Source: Minisyncoccota bacterium (GTDB lineage Bacteria > Patescibacteriota > Minisyncoccia > Phycocordibacterales > UBA9973). From it: DNA of 64,000 nt. Location: NCBI GenBank assembly GCA_041650615.1, contig JBAZKU010000001.1:386360-450359 (forward strand), read 5' to 3'. Numbering within the stretch: position 1 is the first letter of the stretch; the number at the start of each line of letters is the position of its first letter. Below the pieces are notes generated by a model. That model was given only the letters and a program-made list of their open reading frames with translations. It was not told the DNA's origin and did no database searches. A program made the translations under genes and the position numbers. Shown here piece after piece: positions 17,641 to 26,560 of the stretch.

Positions 17641-18231
17641 TTATGAACTTGATTTCTTTTCACTTGTTTTACCGTCTTCAGGTAAAACCATTTCTTTATT
17701 GGCAATAATAACCTTTTCCGGAATCAGCTTTGTATATTTTGAAGAAATTTGAGCAAGTGCCGCCATAACCGCTTTGGCGTTGTTTAATTTATTTTTACTT
17801 CCGGATAAAATTTTTCCCGTTACATCTTTCATCCCAGATAATTTTATAATGTCCCGAACTACCGTTCCTGCCACCAACCCACGGCTTTTGTTTGGCATAA
17901 TTACAACACGTGAACTTGAAAATTTAGCGGAAACCTCATAAGGAAGAGACATGGTTTTTGTAAGTTTTAATTTAACCATATTTTTCTTGGCATTTCTTAT
18001 CGCTTTATTTATAGCCAAAGAAGTATCACCCGCCTTTCCTAAGCCCAGACCAACAGAACCTTTCTTGTCTCCTATAACCATGGCAACACTAAAGGAAAAC
18101 CTGCGTCCTCCAGCTACGACACGAGTAACGCGACGAATACTTAAAATCTTTTGATCAAATTCCGGTTTTGGTCTACCAAAAGATGAAGATCGACGATTGC
18201 TATTCTTTTTTTTATTTTCTTCTTCTGCCAT
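17641..18231 (-). CDS. rpsE: 30S ribosomal protein S5
   Basis: RVTRVVAGGRRFSF. Confidence 0.97.
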   Translation of the reverse strand: MAEEENKKKNSNRRSSSFGRPKPEFDQKILSIRRVTRVVAGGRRFSFSVAMVIGDKKGSVGLGLGKAGDTSLAINKAIRNAKKNMVKLKLTKTMSLPYEVSAKFSSSRVVIMPNKSRGLVAGTVVRDIIKLSGMKDVTGKILSGSKNKLNNAKAVMAALAQISSKYTKLIPEKVIIANKEMVLPEDGKTSEKKSSS

Positions 18232-18248
18232 ATATTTTATCTTATTGA

Positions 18249-18590
18249 TTAAAATTTAAGTCCGGCGGCTCGCGCTTCATCGGCTACTAATTTGATACGT
18301 CCAGTATATTTAAATCCATTTCGGTCAAAAACAACTTTATTGATTTTTATCTTATTGCAAGCTTCTGCAATCATCTGACCTACTTGTTTAGCCCGCTCAG
18401 TCTTTGTCCCTTTTATTATTTTAACATCACTAGCCTGTGTTAAAGTTTTTCCTGTTTTATCGTCTATAATTTGCGCATAAATAAATTTATTGGAACGAAA
18501 AACAGAGAGTCTCGGGCATTTTGAAGTCCCCGCAATCTTTGCCCGAATTTTTGCTTTTAACCTTATTCTCTTTTCGTCTTTTTTAATCAT
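18249..18590 (-). CDS. rplR: 50S ribosomal protein L18
   Basis: PRLSVFRSNK, VVFDRNGFKYTGR. Confidence 0.97.
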   Translation of the reverse strand: MIKKDEKRIRLKAKIRAKIAGTSKCPRLSVFRSNKFIYAQIIDDKTGKTLTQASDVKIIKGTKTERAKQVGQMIAEACNKIKINKVVFDRNGFKYTGRIKLVADEARAAGLKF

Positions 18591-18595
18591 TGATT

Positions 18596-19129
18596 TTAGG
18601 CTGTTTTCTTGCCTTGTTTTCGTCTGATAATTTCTCCCTCATAACGCATTCCCTTGCCTTTATATGGTTCCGGTTTTTTCAATGCGCGGATGGCTGCCGT
18701 AAAACTTCCCACTAATTCTTTATCAATTCCTGTAATGGTAATATTGTTTTTTTCAGCTGTGGCCGTAATGCCTTCCGGAATGGCAACAACAACTGGATGA
18801 GAAAACCCTAAAGCAAAATTAAATTCTTTTCCTTTTACCTCGGACTTAAATCCCACTCCCTCTAAAATTAATTTTTTTTGGTATGGCGTTTCTACCCCCT
18901 TTATCATATTTTTTATGTGCGAAGCATAAGTGCCCCAGAGAGATTTGGAAAATTTGTCATTTCTTTTTATGTTTAAAGTTATTATCTTATCTCCTATATT
19001 AAAAATAATGTCATCTCTAAAAGTTTTAGTGATTGTGCCTTTGGGACCTACCACTTTTAAAATATTGCCACTTTTTGTGACTGTTACTCCTTTGGGTATT
19101 TGTATTTCTTGTTTACCAATTCTGCTCAT
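18596..19129 (-). CDS. rplF: 50S ribosomal protein L6
   Basis: MSRIGK, LGFSHP, PEPYKGKG. Confidence 0.98.
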   Translation of the reverse strand: MSRIGKQEIQIPKGVTVTKSGNILKVVGPKGTITKTFRDDIIFNIGDKIITLNIKRNDKFSKSLWGTYASHIKNMIKGVETPYQKKLILEGVGFKSEVKGKEFNFALGFSHPVVVAIPEGITATAEKNNITITGIDKELVGSFTAAIRALKKPEPYKGKGMRYEGEIIRRKQGKKTA

Positions 19130-19137
19130 AAAATTTT

Positions 19138-19524
19138 TTACCAAATTTTAAACAACGCTTCGCCTCCGACCTGCTCTTTTCTTGCTTCTTTCCCTGACAA
19201 AATTCCTTTTGGTGTTGAAAGCACAAGAAGTCCAGACCCATTTCTAACCGAATGAATGTCTTTCATTTTAAAATAAATGCGACGGGACTGCTTGGAAATT
19301 CTTTCTACTTCGGTAATTTTTGGTTTCTTGTTTACATAAATCAATTCAACCTCCAAAACTGGGAAACCTTTTTTAACTTTCTTTGAAACTTGGTCCACAT
19401 ATTTCTCTTTTTTAAGACATTCGGCAATAGCATTTTTCACATTAGAATATGGAAAAGAAACGGATTCCTTTCCGGCAAGGCTTGCATTCTTCAGCATTAT
19501 TATCATATTTGAAATTGAATCCAT
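19138..19524 (-). CDS. rpsH: 30S ribosomal protein S8
   Basis: DSISNMII, LSTPKGI, VGGE. Confidence 0.97.
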   Translation of the reverse strand: MDSISNMIIMLKNASLAGKESVSFPYSNVKNAIAECLKKEKYVDQVSKKVKKGFPVLEVELIYVNKKPKITEVERISKQSRRIYFKMKDIHSVRNGSGLLVLSTPKGILSGKEARKEQVGGEALFKIW

Positions 19525-19547
19525 AAAGTTTAATTATTTATATTGAA

Positions 19548-19733
19548 CTACCAGCTTGATTTACGAACACCCGGAAGCATTCCTTCATTGGCTAATTCTC
19601 TAAAGCAGATACGGCATACGCCAAAATCTCTCATAAAACCATTCCCTCGCCCGCAACGAAAACATCGATTTTTTTGTCGAGTAGAAAATTTTGGTTTCTT
19701 TAAAGCTCTGGCTTTTACTGATGTTTTTGCCAT
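19548..19733 (-). CDS. rpsN: 30S ribosomal protein S14 (Zn-binding type)
   Basis: RCFRCGR...CRICFRELA. Confidence 0.97.
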   Translation of the reverse strand: MAKTSVKARALKKPKFSTRQKNRCFRCGRGNGFMRDFGVCRICFRELANEGMLPGVRKSSW

Positions 19734-19739
19734 AATTAA

Positions 19740-19869
19740 AATAATGCCTATTTATATAGATGATATCGTGTATTTTTTCTTAAAACCTCATTTAAGGACT
19801 TGAGGAGAAATACAGATCAACCTATCTCTTAGACTCATTTATCCTAGCAAATAAAAAGAAAAGAGTCAA
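19740..19869 (-). promoter_or_regulatory. internal promoter and structured leader upstream of rpsN
   Basis: TTGACT-17-(TG)TAGGAT followed by an imperfect long hairpin (ATAGGTTGATCTGTATTTCT...AAAATACACGATATCATCTAT). Confidence 0.55.
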
Positions 19870-19873
19870 ATTC

Positions 19874-20449
19874 TTATTTTTTCTTTTTTTCTTTAATTTC
19901 CTCTTCTTTTTTGAAAGGAATACCTATGAGTTCAAAGAAGGCTTTGCCCTCTTTTTTATTCTTTGCCGTAGAAACCAAAGTAATAGCAAGTCCGAAGACA
20001 TCTCTGATATCCTCATCGGCTGTTTCTGGGAAAATAGTGTGTTCCTTAATACCTATTGTCAGATTGCCAATATTATCTACCGCTCTTGGATTAATCCCGC
20101 GAAAATCTTTGGTGCGAGGAAGTGCAATGTTTATTAATTTTTCCAAAAAAGCATACATCCTTTTTCCGCGCAAGGTGACAATCACTCCAATCGGGTCACC
20201 TTGTCTGACCTTAAAAGAAGCGACAGATTGCTTAGCCCCCCTTAAAGCTCCTTTTTGGCCGGTAATTTTTGCCAAGCGCTCTCCGATAGCTTCATTTTTA
20301 TTTTTATCTTTTTTAATAGCTGTCCCGGTACCAACATTTAAAACAACTTTCACCATTCTAGGCGCAGCCATGCTATTTTTATAATGAAAATTGCTTTTCA
20401 TTTTTTCAAAAACTAACGCTTCTTTTTCTTTTACTGTTAAATGTTTCAT
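19874..20449 (-). CDS. rplE: 50S ribosomal protein L5
   Basis: ITGQK, VTLRG, LPRTKDFRG. Confidence 0.98.
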   Translation of the reverse strand: MKHLTVKEKEALVFEKMKSNFHYKNSMAAPRMVKVVLNVGTGTAIKKDKNKNEAIGERLAKITGQKGALRGAKQSVASFKVRQGDPIGVIVTLRGKRMYAFLEKLINIALPRTKDFRGINPRAVDNIGNLTIGIKEHTIFPETADEDIRDVFGLAITLVSTAKNKKEGKAFFELIGIPFKKEEEIKEKKKK

Positions 20450-20459
20450 ATGTAATTAA

Positions 20460-20765
20460 TTAAATTTCTTGACCGCTTTTTTTAGTGATTCTGACCATTT
20501 TATCACCAACTTTCTTTTTCCCAACGCGAGTTCTAAAATCTGTTTTGGGGTCCAAAAGCATAACATTTGAAGCGTGCATTGGCATAGCAATATCTATCTT
20601 AACCCCTTTCTCTCCGGACTTTTTCGGACGCTGATGTTTTTTCATCATATTTATCCCTTCTACCACAACTTTATTTTTATCAACCAAAACAGCCACAATC
20701 TTGCCTTTCTTGCCTTTGTCTTTCCCAGCTATGACTATTATATTGTCTCCTTTTTTTAATTTCAT
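20460..20765 (-). CDS. rplX: 50S ribosomal protein L24
   Basis: KKGD..VIAGKDKGK KOW motif, HASNV. Confidence 0.97.
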   Translation of the reverse strand: MKLKKGDNIIVIAGKDKGKKGKIVAVLVDKNKVVVEGINMMKKHQRPKKSGEKGVKIDIAMPMHASNVMLLDPKTDFRTRVGKKKVGDKMVRITKKSGQEI

Positions 20766-20777
20766 ATGTATTTTTAT

Positions 20778-21149
20778 TTAAATTACTTCCGGGGCTAAAG
20801 AAATTATTTTCTGAAATCCTTTTTCAGCAAGTTCTCTTGGAATCGGTCCAAAGACACGTCCAGCTTTTGGATCAAGTTTCCCTTTTTCTAATAAAACTAC
20901 GGCATTGTCGTCAAAACGAATATAAGACCCATCTTTTCTCCTGTAAGCATTTCTGGTACGCACTACCACAGCTTGATGCACATCCTTTTTCTTTACATCT
21001 TTTCTCGGACTAGCAATCTTTACAGAAATAACAACCAAATCTCCAAGGGTTGCATATCTTTTTTTTGAACTGCCTAAAATCTTGAACACTTTGCCTACAG
21101 TGCCTCCTGCATTATCTGTTATTTTTACCAATGTTTCTGTTTGAATCAT
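20778..21149 (-). CDS. rplN: 50S ribosomal protein L14
   Basis: RKDGSYIRFDDNAVV, ISLAPEV. Confidence 0.98.
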   Translation of the reverse strand: MIQTETLVKITDNAGGTVGKVFKILGSSKKRYATLGDLVVISVKIASPRKDVKKKDVHQAVVVRTRNAYRRKDGSYIRFDDNAVVLLEKGKLDPKAGRVFGPIPRELAEKGFQKIISLAPEVI

Positions 21150-21150
21150 A

Positions 21151-21169
21151 CCTGTCCGCCCTTGGCGGA
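21151..21169 (+). repeat. REP-like hairpin 1 nt from the rplN start
   Basis: CCTGTCCGCCCTTGGCGGA. Confidence 0.75.
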
Positions 21170-21175
21170 AAATTA

Positions 21176-21439
21176 TTATTTATAAACGACCCGAAATTTT
21201 TTATCTTTCGAAATGGGTCTGGTTTCAACTATTTCTACTTTGTCTCCTATTTTATATTTGTTTTCTTCATCATGCGCTTTATATTTTTTATTTATTTTAT
21301 AAAACTTCCCATATTTTGGATGCTTTACAAATCGAGAAATAGAAACCACTACGGTCTTGTCCATCTTGTCTGAAACAACCACTCCTCTCAAAAGAGAGCC
21401 ATTATTCTTTTCTATTTCTTTTTTCGCTTTTATTGCCAT
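21176..21439 (-). CDS. rpsQ: 30S ribosomal protein S17
   Basis: [27 protein letters not shown]. Confidence 0.98.
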   Translation of the reverse strand: MAIKAKKEIEKNNGSLLRGVVVSDKMDKTVVVSISRFVKHPKYGKFYKINKKYKAHDEENKYKIGDKVEIVETRPISKDKKFRVVYK

Positions 21440-21442
21440 ATA

Positions 21443-21640
21443 TTATTTTTTTCTATTTATCTCTGTTAAAATTCTGGCTACTTGTTTCCTTAAATTTACA
21501 GATTCTTTGACATTTTTTGATTTTGACCCCTGTGCCTTAAACCGTAAAACTCTTATATTTTCCTCTAAATCAATAAGCCTTTTCTTAAGCTCGTCTTCTT
21601 TCATCCCTTTTAAATTTTCCGTCTTTTTTGTTTTAGCCAT
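21443..21640 (-). CDS. rpmC: 50S ribosomal protein L29
   Basis: LRFK, RKQVARILT; start revised to MAKTKK. Confidence 0.93.
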   Translation of the reverse strand: MAKTKKTENLKGMKEDELKKRLIDLEENIRVLRFKAQGSKSKNVKESVNLRKQVARILTEINRKK

Positions 21641-21644
21641 ATAA

Positions 21645-22073
21645 TTATATATTATGAACTCTTGAAACAATTCTAGTTTTGACCGGAAGTTTAGTTCCGG
21701 CTTTCCTTAATGCCTCATAAGCTACTACTTTTTCCACTCCATCTACTTCAAATATAATACGTCCAGGGTAAACATCAAAACAATATCCCTGCGGGTCTCC
21801 TTTCCCTTTTCCCATTCCCATTTCCGCAGCTTTGGCGGTAAAAGGTCTGTCCGGAAAGATACGAACCCAATATTTGCCCGCTTTGGTTAAGGTACGGGAT
21901 ATTACCTTTCTGGCAGATTCAATCTGATTTGATTTGACGCGCGCTTGGGTTAAAGCTTTGAGTCCGTAAGAACCGAAGGAAAGCTTTGTCCCTCGAGTTT
22001 CCGGCGTGGTTGCTTTTGGATTACTGCGCCCCGTTTGCCATTTTCTAAATTTTACTTTTTTAGGTAATAACAT
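21645..22073 (-). CDS. rplP: 50S ribosomal protein L16
   Basis: MLLPKKVKFRK, MGKGKG. Confidence 0.98.
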   Translation of the reverse strand: MLLPKKVKFRKWQTGRSNPKATTPETRGTKLSFGSYGLKALTQARVKSNQIESARKVISRTLTKAGKYWVRIFPDRPFTAKAAEMGMGKGKGDPQGYCFDVYPGRIIFEVDGVEKVVAYEALRKAGTKLPVKTRIVSRVHNI

Positions 22074-22078
22074 ATATT

Positions 22079-22756
22079 TTAATTAATCTTTTCCTTTTTT
22101 TTATCTGCAAAAATTTTACCACGATAAATCCAAACTTTTATACCGACATCACCATATGGTAAATGGGCTTTCCCCCTTTTAAAATCTATATCCGCGCGGA
22201 AAGTTTGAAGGGGGATGCTTCCTCGCTTCAGTTCTTCTGTACGGGCAATTTCTGCTCCGCCCAACCTGCCGGAAAGCACTACTCTTACTCCTTGTACTCC
22301 ATGAGCGGTCATAACCTTTTCAACCATTTGTTTTATCACTCGGCGATAAGGCAATCTTTTTTCCAGTCCTTCGGCAATCATATAAGCAACGATTGTGGCA
22401 TCAGCCTCCGGGTTTCCTACTTCAACAATTTCAAGTTTAAAGTCTTCTGATTTTGTAAGTTTCAATTTACCAATCTTTTTTAAAATGTCTTCTTTCAGTT
22501 TAGTGACTCCTTCACCGTTTCGGCCAATGATAAGACCGGGGCGGGAAGTATGAATAATAAAACGAGTGGTTTTTTGATTTCTATCAATTTCAATTGAAGA
22601 AATATACATTCCTCGCAACTTTTTTTCTAAATATTCGCGTATCAAAACATCCCCTTTCAAGTAATCGCAGTATTTTTTGGGGTCGGCAAACCAATGAGAT
22701 TTCCAATCTCTTAACATTATCAACCTATGCGCATATGGATGGACTATTTTTGACAT
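22079..22756 (-). CDS. rpsC: 30S ribosomal protein S3
   Basis: RPGLIIG, SGRLGGAEIARTE. Confidence 0.98.
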   Translation of the reverse strand: MSKIVHPYAHRLIMLRDWKSHWFADPKKYCDYLKGDVLIREYLEKKLRGMYISSIEIDRNQKTTRFIIHTSRPGLIIGRNGEGVTKLKEDILKKIGKLKLTKSEDFKLEIVEVGNPEADATIVAYMIAEGLEKRLPYRRVIKQMVEKVMTAHGVQGVRVVLSGRLGGAEIARTEELKRGSIPLQTFRADIDFKRGKAHLPYGDVGIKVWIYRGKIFADKKKEKIN

Positions 22757-22758
22757 AA

Positions 22759-23151
22759 TTATTTCTTTACTCCAACTTTTGTCGGAGCTTTCTTATTTTT
22801 TTTTGCCTTTTCTTTAACCACTTTTGCAGCTTTTTCTCCTAAAACAAGCATCACATGGCTTGTACGTTTATTTATTCTATGCCCTACTCCCATAGCTGCC
22901 GGCATCATTCTTTTCATCACAATACCTTTATCCACTCGCAATTCTTTTATAAATAAATTCTCTTTTTCCTTTCCAGCCTGAAGCGCATTTGCCACTGCCG
23001 AAAGTAAAAGTTTTTTAATAGGAAATCCTGCGCGTTTAGCCAAAAAATCCAAAATAGCGATAGCTTCTTCCACGCTTTTCCCCTTAATCAATCCTGCGAC
23101 TAAACGTACTTTTCTCGGGGCTTGTCTGTAATTTTTTAAAAATGCTTTCAT
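22759..23151 (-). CDS. rplV: 50S ribosomal protein L22
   Basis: APRKVRLVA, SAVANA, KRTSH. Confidence 0.97.
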   Translation of the reverse strand: MKAFLKNYRQAPRKVRLVAGLIKGKSVEEAIAILDFLAKRAGFPIKKLLLSAVANALQAGKEKENLFIKELRVDKGIVMKRMMPAAMGVGHRINKRTSHVMLVLGEKAAKVVKEKAKKNKKAPTKVGVKK

Positions 23152-23179
23152 AATAATTTATGTGGCGTTAAGCTTGTAG

Positions 23180-23530
23180 TTATTTTTTAGTGGTAGCGGC
23201 AGCGGCAGCTTCTGTTGCAGACTTAGCTTGGGTTATTTCAGCTTCTTTCTTCTTTTGCTCAAGTTCTTTCTGCATTTTTCCGCCGTGTTTTATGAATTTC
23301 TTTGTTGGGGAAAATTCTCCCAATCTGTGTCCGACCATATCTTCGGTTATTAACACTTCAACATGCACCTTGCCGTTATATACGCCAAAAATAAAACCTA
23401 CCATTTCAGGTGAAATCTGACAGGCTCTTTTCCAAGTTTTTATCATTGGAGTTTGAAGCGGGTTTTTGCCGGCTATCTTTTTTAAGAGTCCCTCATCAAT
23501 ATATAAACCCTTTTTAATTGATCTTGTCAT
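23180..23530 (-). CDS. rpsS: 30S ribosomal protein S19
   Basis: RSIKKG, MVGHRLGEFSPT. Confidence 0.98.
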   Translation of the reverse strand: MTRSIKKGLYIDEGLLKKIAGKNPLQTPMIKTWKRACQISPEMVGFIFGVYNGKVHVEVLITEDMVGHRLGEFSPTKKFIKHGGKMQKELEQKKKEAEITQAKSATEAAAAATTKK

Positions 23531-23533
23531 AAC

Positions 23534-23587
23534 AAAAAGCTCCTAACGAGCTTGTTTTTATAATAGCAAAATACAAAATAAAGTCAA
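23534..23587 (-). promoter_or_regulatory. internal promoter and small hairpin upstream of rpsS
   Basis: TTGACT...TGCTATTAT, then AAGCTC-GTTAG-GAGCTT before ATG. Confidence 0.5.
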
Positions 23588-23616
23588 ATAAAAGGCAAAA
23601 CTATGCTTTTTATTTT

Positions 23617-24468
23617 TTAAGCTTGTGTTTTCCTTGATTTGCCAGTTTTGCGGCGAGAAACAATAAATAGATTTGAATATTTCTTTGGACCGCGAGTTTT
23701 GCGTCCCCCGGTTACTTTGCCCCACATAGTCTTCGGACGCTTGGTACCACGGCCTTGTCTTCCTTCTCCCCCTCCATATGGATGGTCTACCGGGTTCATA
23801 GCAGTACCTCGGACAGTTGGTCTGATTCCCTTCCAGCGGCTGCGTCCAGCTTTACCGTAATTTTCCAGATGATGTTCTTCGTTTGAAACTGTTCCGATGG
23901 ATGCCCAGCAATTTTCATCTATCTTTCTGACTTCAGATGATGGCATCTTTAAATTCGTATAGCCATCGGCATTGGCCACTACCTGCGCAAAAATTCCCGC
24001 AGAACGGCCGATTTTTGCCCCACCTTTTGGCTTGATTTCAATATTATAAACAAAAGTTCCCACCGGAATATTTCGCAAGGGCAATCTATTACCAGTGGTA
24101 AGTTCCGCTTTTTCCGATACGATAAATGACATTCCCGGTTTTATGGATTTTGGGATTATTACATATTTTTTTTCTCCATCTTTGTAGACAGCTAGTCCAA
24201 TGAAAGCGCTGCGATTTGGATCATATTCAATAGATTTTATTTTCGCTGGAATATCTTTTTTGTTATATAAAAAATCTACATCGCGGTAAAGACGCTTATG
24301 CCCACTGCCTTTATGCCGCATGGTGATACGTCCGGCGCTATTTCTGCCGACAGAACGTCTAAAACCATAAGTAAGAGATTTGGTAGGGGTAGAGACAGTT
24401 AAAAAATCGCGATAATTAATATTCGTCATCTGCCTTCTTGATTTGCTTGTAGGTTTATATGATTTCAT
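23617..24468 (-). CDS. rplB: 50S ribosomal protein L2
   Basis: EYDPNRSA, RGTAMNPVDHPYGGGEG. Confidence 0.99.
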   Translation of the reverse strand: MKSYKPTSKSRRQMTNINYRDFLTVSTPTKSLTYGFRRSVGRNSAGRITMRHKGSGHKRLYRDVDFLYNKKDIPAKIKSIEYDPNRSAFIGLAVYKDGEKKYVIIPKSIKPGMSFIVSEKAELTTGNRLPLRNIPVGTFVYNIEIKPKGGAKIGRSAGIFAQVVANADGYTNLKMPSSEVRKIDENCWASIGTVSNEEHHLENYGKAGRSRWKGIRPTVRGTAMNPVDHPYGGGEGRQGRGTKRPKTMWGKVTGGRKTRGPKKYSNLFIVSRRKTGKSRKTQA

Positions 24469-24486
24469 CCAATTAATAAATATATG

Positions 24487-24768
24487 CTAAATAAATTCTA
24501 TTTTATCTTCTTTTTTAAAATAAACAATAGCTTTTTTGCCTCCTCCCCTTGTTCCTTTTTTACCTTTGGACATAATACTTTTATGTGGTACTGAAAGTAT
24601 ATTTATTCTTATCGGTTGTACCTTATAAAGAGAAAAAATAGCTTTTTTTATTTCTTTTTTATTGGCCGATGCTGCTACATTAAAAGTATAAACATTTTTT
24701 GCAGATGCATCGCTTGCTTTTTCAGTTATCCTCGGATTTTTAATTGTTTTTAAAATTATATCTGACAT
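24487..24768 (-). CDS. rplW: 50S ribosomal protein L23
   Basis: PRITEKA, ANKKEIK, KKAIV. Confidence 0.95.
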   Translation of the reverse strand: MSDIILKTIKNPRITEKASDASAKNVYTFNVAASANKKEIKKAIFSLYKVQPIRINILSVPHKSIMSKGKKGTRGGGKKAIVYFKKEDKIEFI

Positions 24769-24778
24769 ATATTTAAAA

Positions 24779-25438
24779 TTATCCTCTGGATTCCAAAAAT
24801 TTTACGCTTTTTTCCGGATTTTCTATTAAAAGGTATTGATATTTTAAAACATCTAGTGGATTTATATTTTTAAGAAAAACTATTTCAAGCTGTGGTAAAT
24901 TTCTGAAACTCTTTTCTGCTTTTTCATTTCGTTCACATAGAGCAGTCAAAACTCTGGGCTTCTTTGAACTGGCGAGGGATTTCCAACTGGAAGCTTTTGA
25001 AAGATTTTTCATAACTTCCACCGCTTTTTTTGTTTTTGTTTCAGGGAGAGAGAGTGAGTCAACAAAAAGTATTTCACCGTCTTTCATTTTCTTGGAAAGA
25101 ACGGAGAAAAGAGCTTGGGCGCGCATTTTCTTTGAAATTTTTCTCTTATAATTCTTGTCGGAGAGTGGACCATGAGTGACTCCTCCTCCAACCCAGATAG
25201 GAGAACGAGATGATCCATGACGAGCGCGTCCAGTCCCCTTTTGTTTCCAAGGTTTTTTTCCCCCTCCTCTAACTTCGCTGCGATCTTTCGTATCTGCGGT
25301 TCCTGCGCGTTTATTTGAACGCATTCCTTCTACCACTTGATGCACTAAATCCGCGCGCCATTTGGCAGCAAAAACTTTTGAAGGCAAAGTAATTGTCCCT
25401 GCTGAAGTTCCTTTTTGATTGTATATTTTTGCTTCCAT
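24779..25438 (-). CDS. rplD: 50S ribosomal protein L4
   Basis: GGGKKPWKQKGTGRARHGS. Confidence 0.98.
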   Translation of the reverse strand: MEAKIYNQKGTSAGTITLPSKVFAAKWRADLVHQVVEGMRSNKRAGTADTKDRSEVRGGGKKPWKQKGTGRARHGSSRSPIWVGGGVTHGPLSDKNYKRKISKKMRAQALFSVLSKKMKDGEILFVDSLSLPETKTKKAVEVMKNLSKASSWKSLASSKKPRVLTALCERNEKAEKSFRNLPQLEIVFLKNINPLDVLKYQYLLIENPEKSVKFLESRG

Positions 25439-25447
25439 TTATTTGTT

Positions 25448-26062
25448 TTAACGGCTTATAATTTCAACTAGACTTCCGCGCTTTCCTGCAATAGCTCCTT
25501 TTATAAGCATTGTATTATTTTCTTTGTCTATCAGTATTACTTTCAAATTTTTCTGGGTAATGCGATCACTCCCTGTTCTACCCGCCATTCTCATTCCTTT
25601 CGGCACGTGAGTACGCAAACCTCCGCCGATAGAACCTGGCTCTCTTTCAGAATGTTTTTGGCCATGCGATCGGGGACCTCCGTGAAAACCATGGCGCTTC
25701 ACAACACCTTGAAAACCTTTACCTTTTGAAACGCTTGAAACCTGAAGCTTGTCCCCTAAAGAAAAAATCGAAACATCAATGACATCTCCTTCTTTTGCGT
25801 CATTTTTATCCGCCGGTTTTAGTCTGAACTCTTTAAGATTCTTATAAAAAGCTCCCTTCATCGCTCCTTTCTCTCCTTTTGTAATTCTAGTTTCTTTTTG
25901 GACACCAAAACCAACTTGTACAGCATTGTAACCATCCTTGGACTTTTCAAAAACTTTAGTTACCATCACTGGGCCTGCTGAAACAACGGTTACTGGAAAA
26001 ACCTGCCCCTCGGGAGAAAAATACTCAGTCATATTCTCTTTTTTTCCAAGAATAAATTTCAT
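25448..26062 (-). CDS. rplC: 50S ribosomal protein L3
   Basis: SKGKGFQGVVKRHGF. Confidence 0.98.
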   Translation of the reverse strand: MKFILGKKENMTEYFSPEGQVFPVTVVSAGPVMVTKVFEKSKDGYNAVQVGFGVQKETRITKGEKGAMKGAFYKNLKEFRLKPADKNDAKEGDVIDVSIFSLGDKLQVSSVSKGKGFQGVVKRHGFHGGPRSHGQKHSEREPGSIGGGLRTHVPKGMRMAGRTGSDRITQKNLKVILIDKENNTMLIKGAIAGKRGSLVEIISR

Positions 26063-26081
26063 AATAACTATTTAATTGCTT

Positions 26082-26543
26082 CTAAAGCATCTTTACATCA
26101 ATATCCACTCCTGAAGGAAGAGATAGGTTAGTAAGCGCCTCAACTGTTTTTGGATTTGGATTTATAATATCAATTAATCTTTTGTGAACTCTTATTTCAA
26201 ATTGTTCTCGAGTATTTTTGTAAATAAAAGATGCGCGATTAACTGTGTATTTTTTAATTTCGGTCGGCAATGGTACTGGTCCGATTATTTCCGCATCATA
26301 ACGCATAGCCGTGTCTATAATTTGTTTGACCGAGCTATCAAGAATTTTACTTTCATACGCTCGTACACGTATGCGAAGTATTACTTTACTTTCTTCTCCG
26401 CTCACTCGGGCTGATTTCTTTTCTTTAAGAGGAGAAATCTTCTTTCCGTCTGAGGAGGATCCGCCCTTAGCGGAAACTTTTTTCACCTTCTCTTTATCAG
26501 TCAAGATTTTTGGCTTTTTTGTTTTTGTTTCTTTAGTTGCCAT
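26082..26543 (-). CDS. rpsJ: 30S ribosomal protein S10 with basic N-terminal extension
   Basis: GPVPLPT, REQFEIRVHKRLIDI. Confidence 0.97.
   Translation of the reverse strand: MATKETKTKKPKILTDKEKVKKVSAKGGSSSDGKKISPLKEKKSARVSGEESKVILRIRVRAYESKILDSSVKQIIDTAMRYDAEIIGPVPLPTEIKKYTVNRASFIYKNTREQFEIRVHKRLIDIINPNPKTVEALTNLSLPSGVDIDVKML
26445..26474 (+). repeat. tandem REP-like hairpins in frame inside rpsJ
   Basis: TCCGTCTGAGGAGGA-TCCGCCCTTAGCGGA, read on the minus strand as SAKGGSSSDG. Confidence 0.75.
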
Positions 26544-26560
26544 GCAATTTTAACTCAAGT

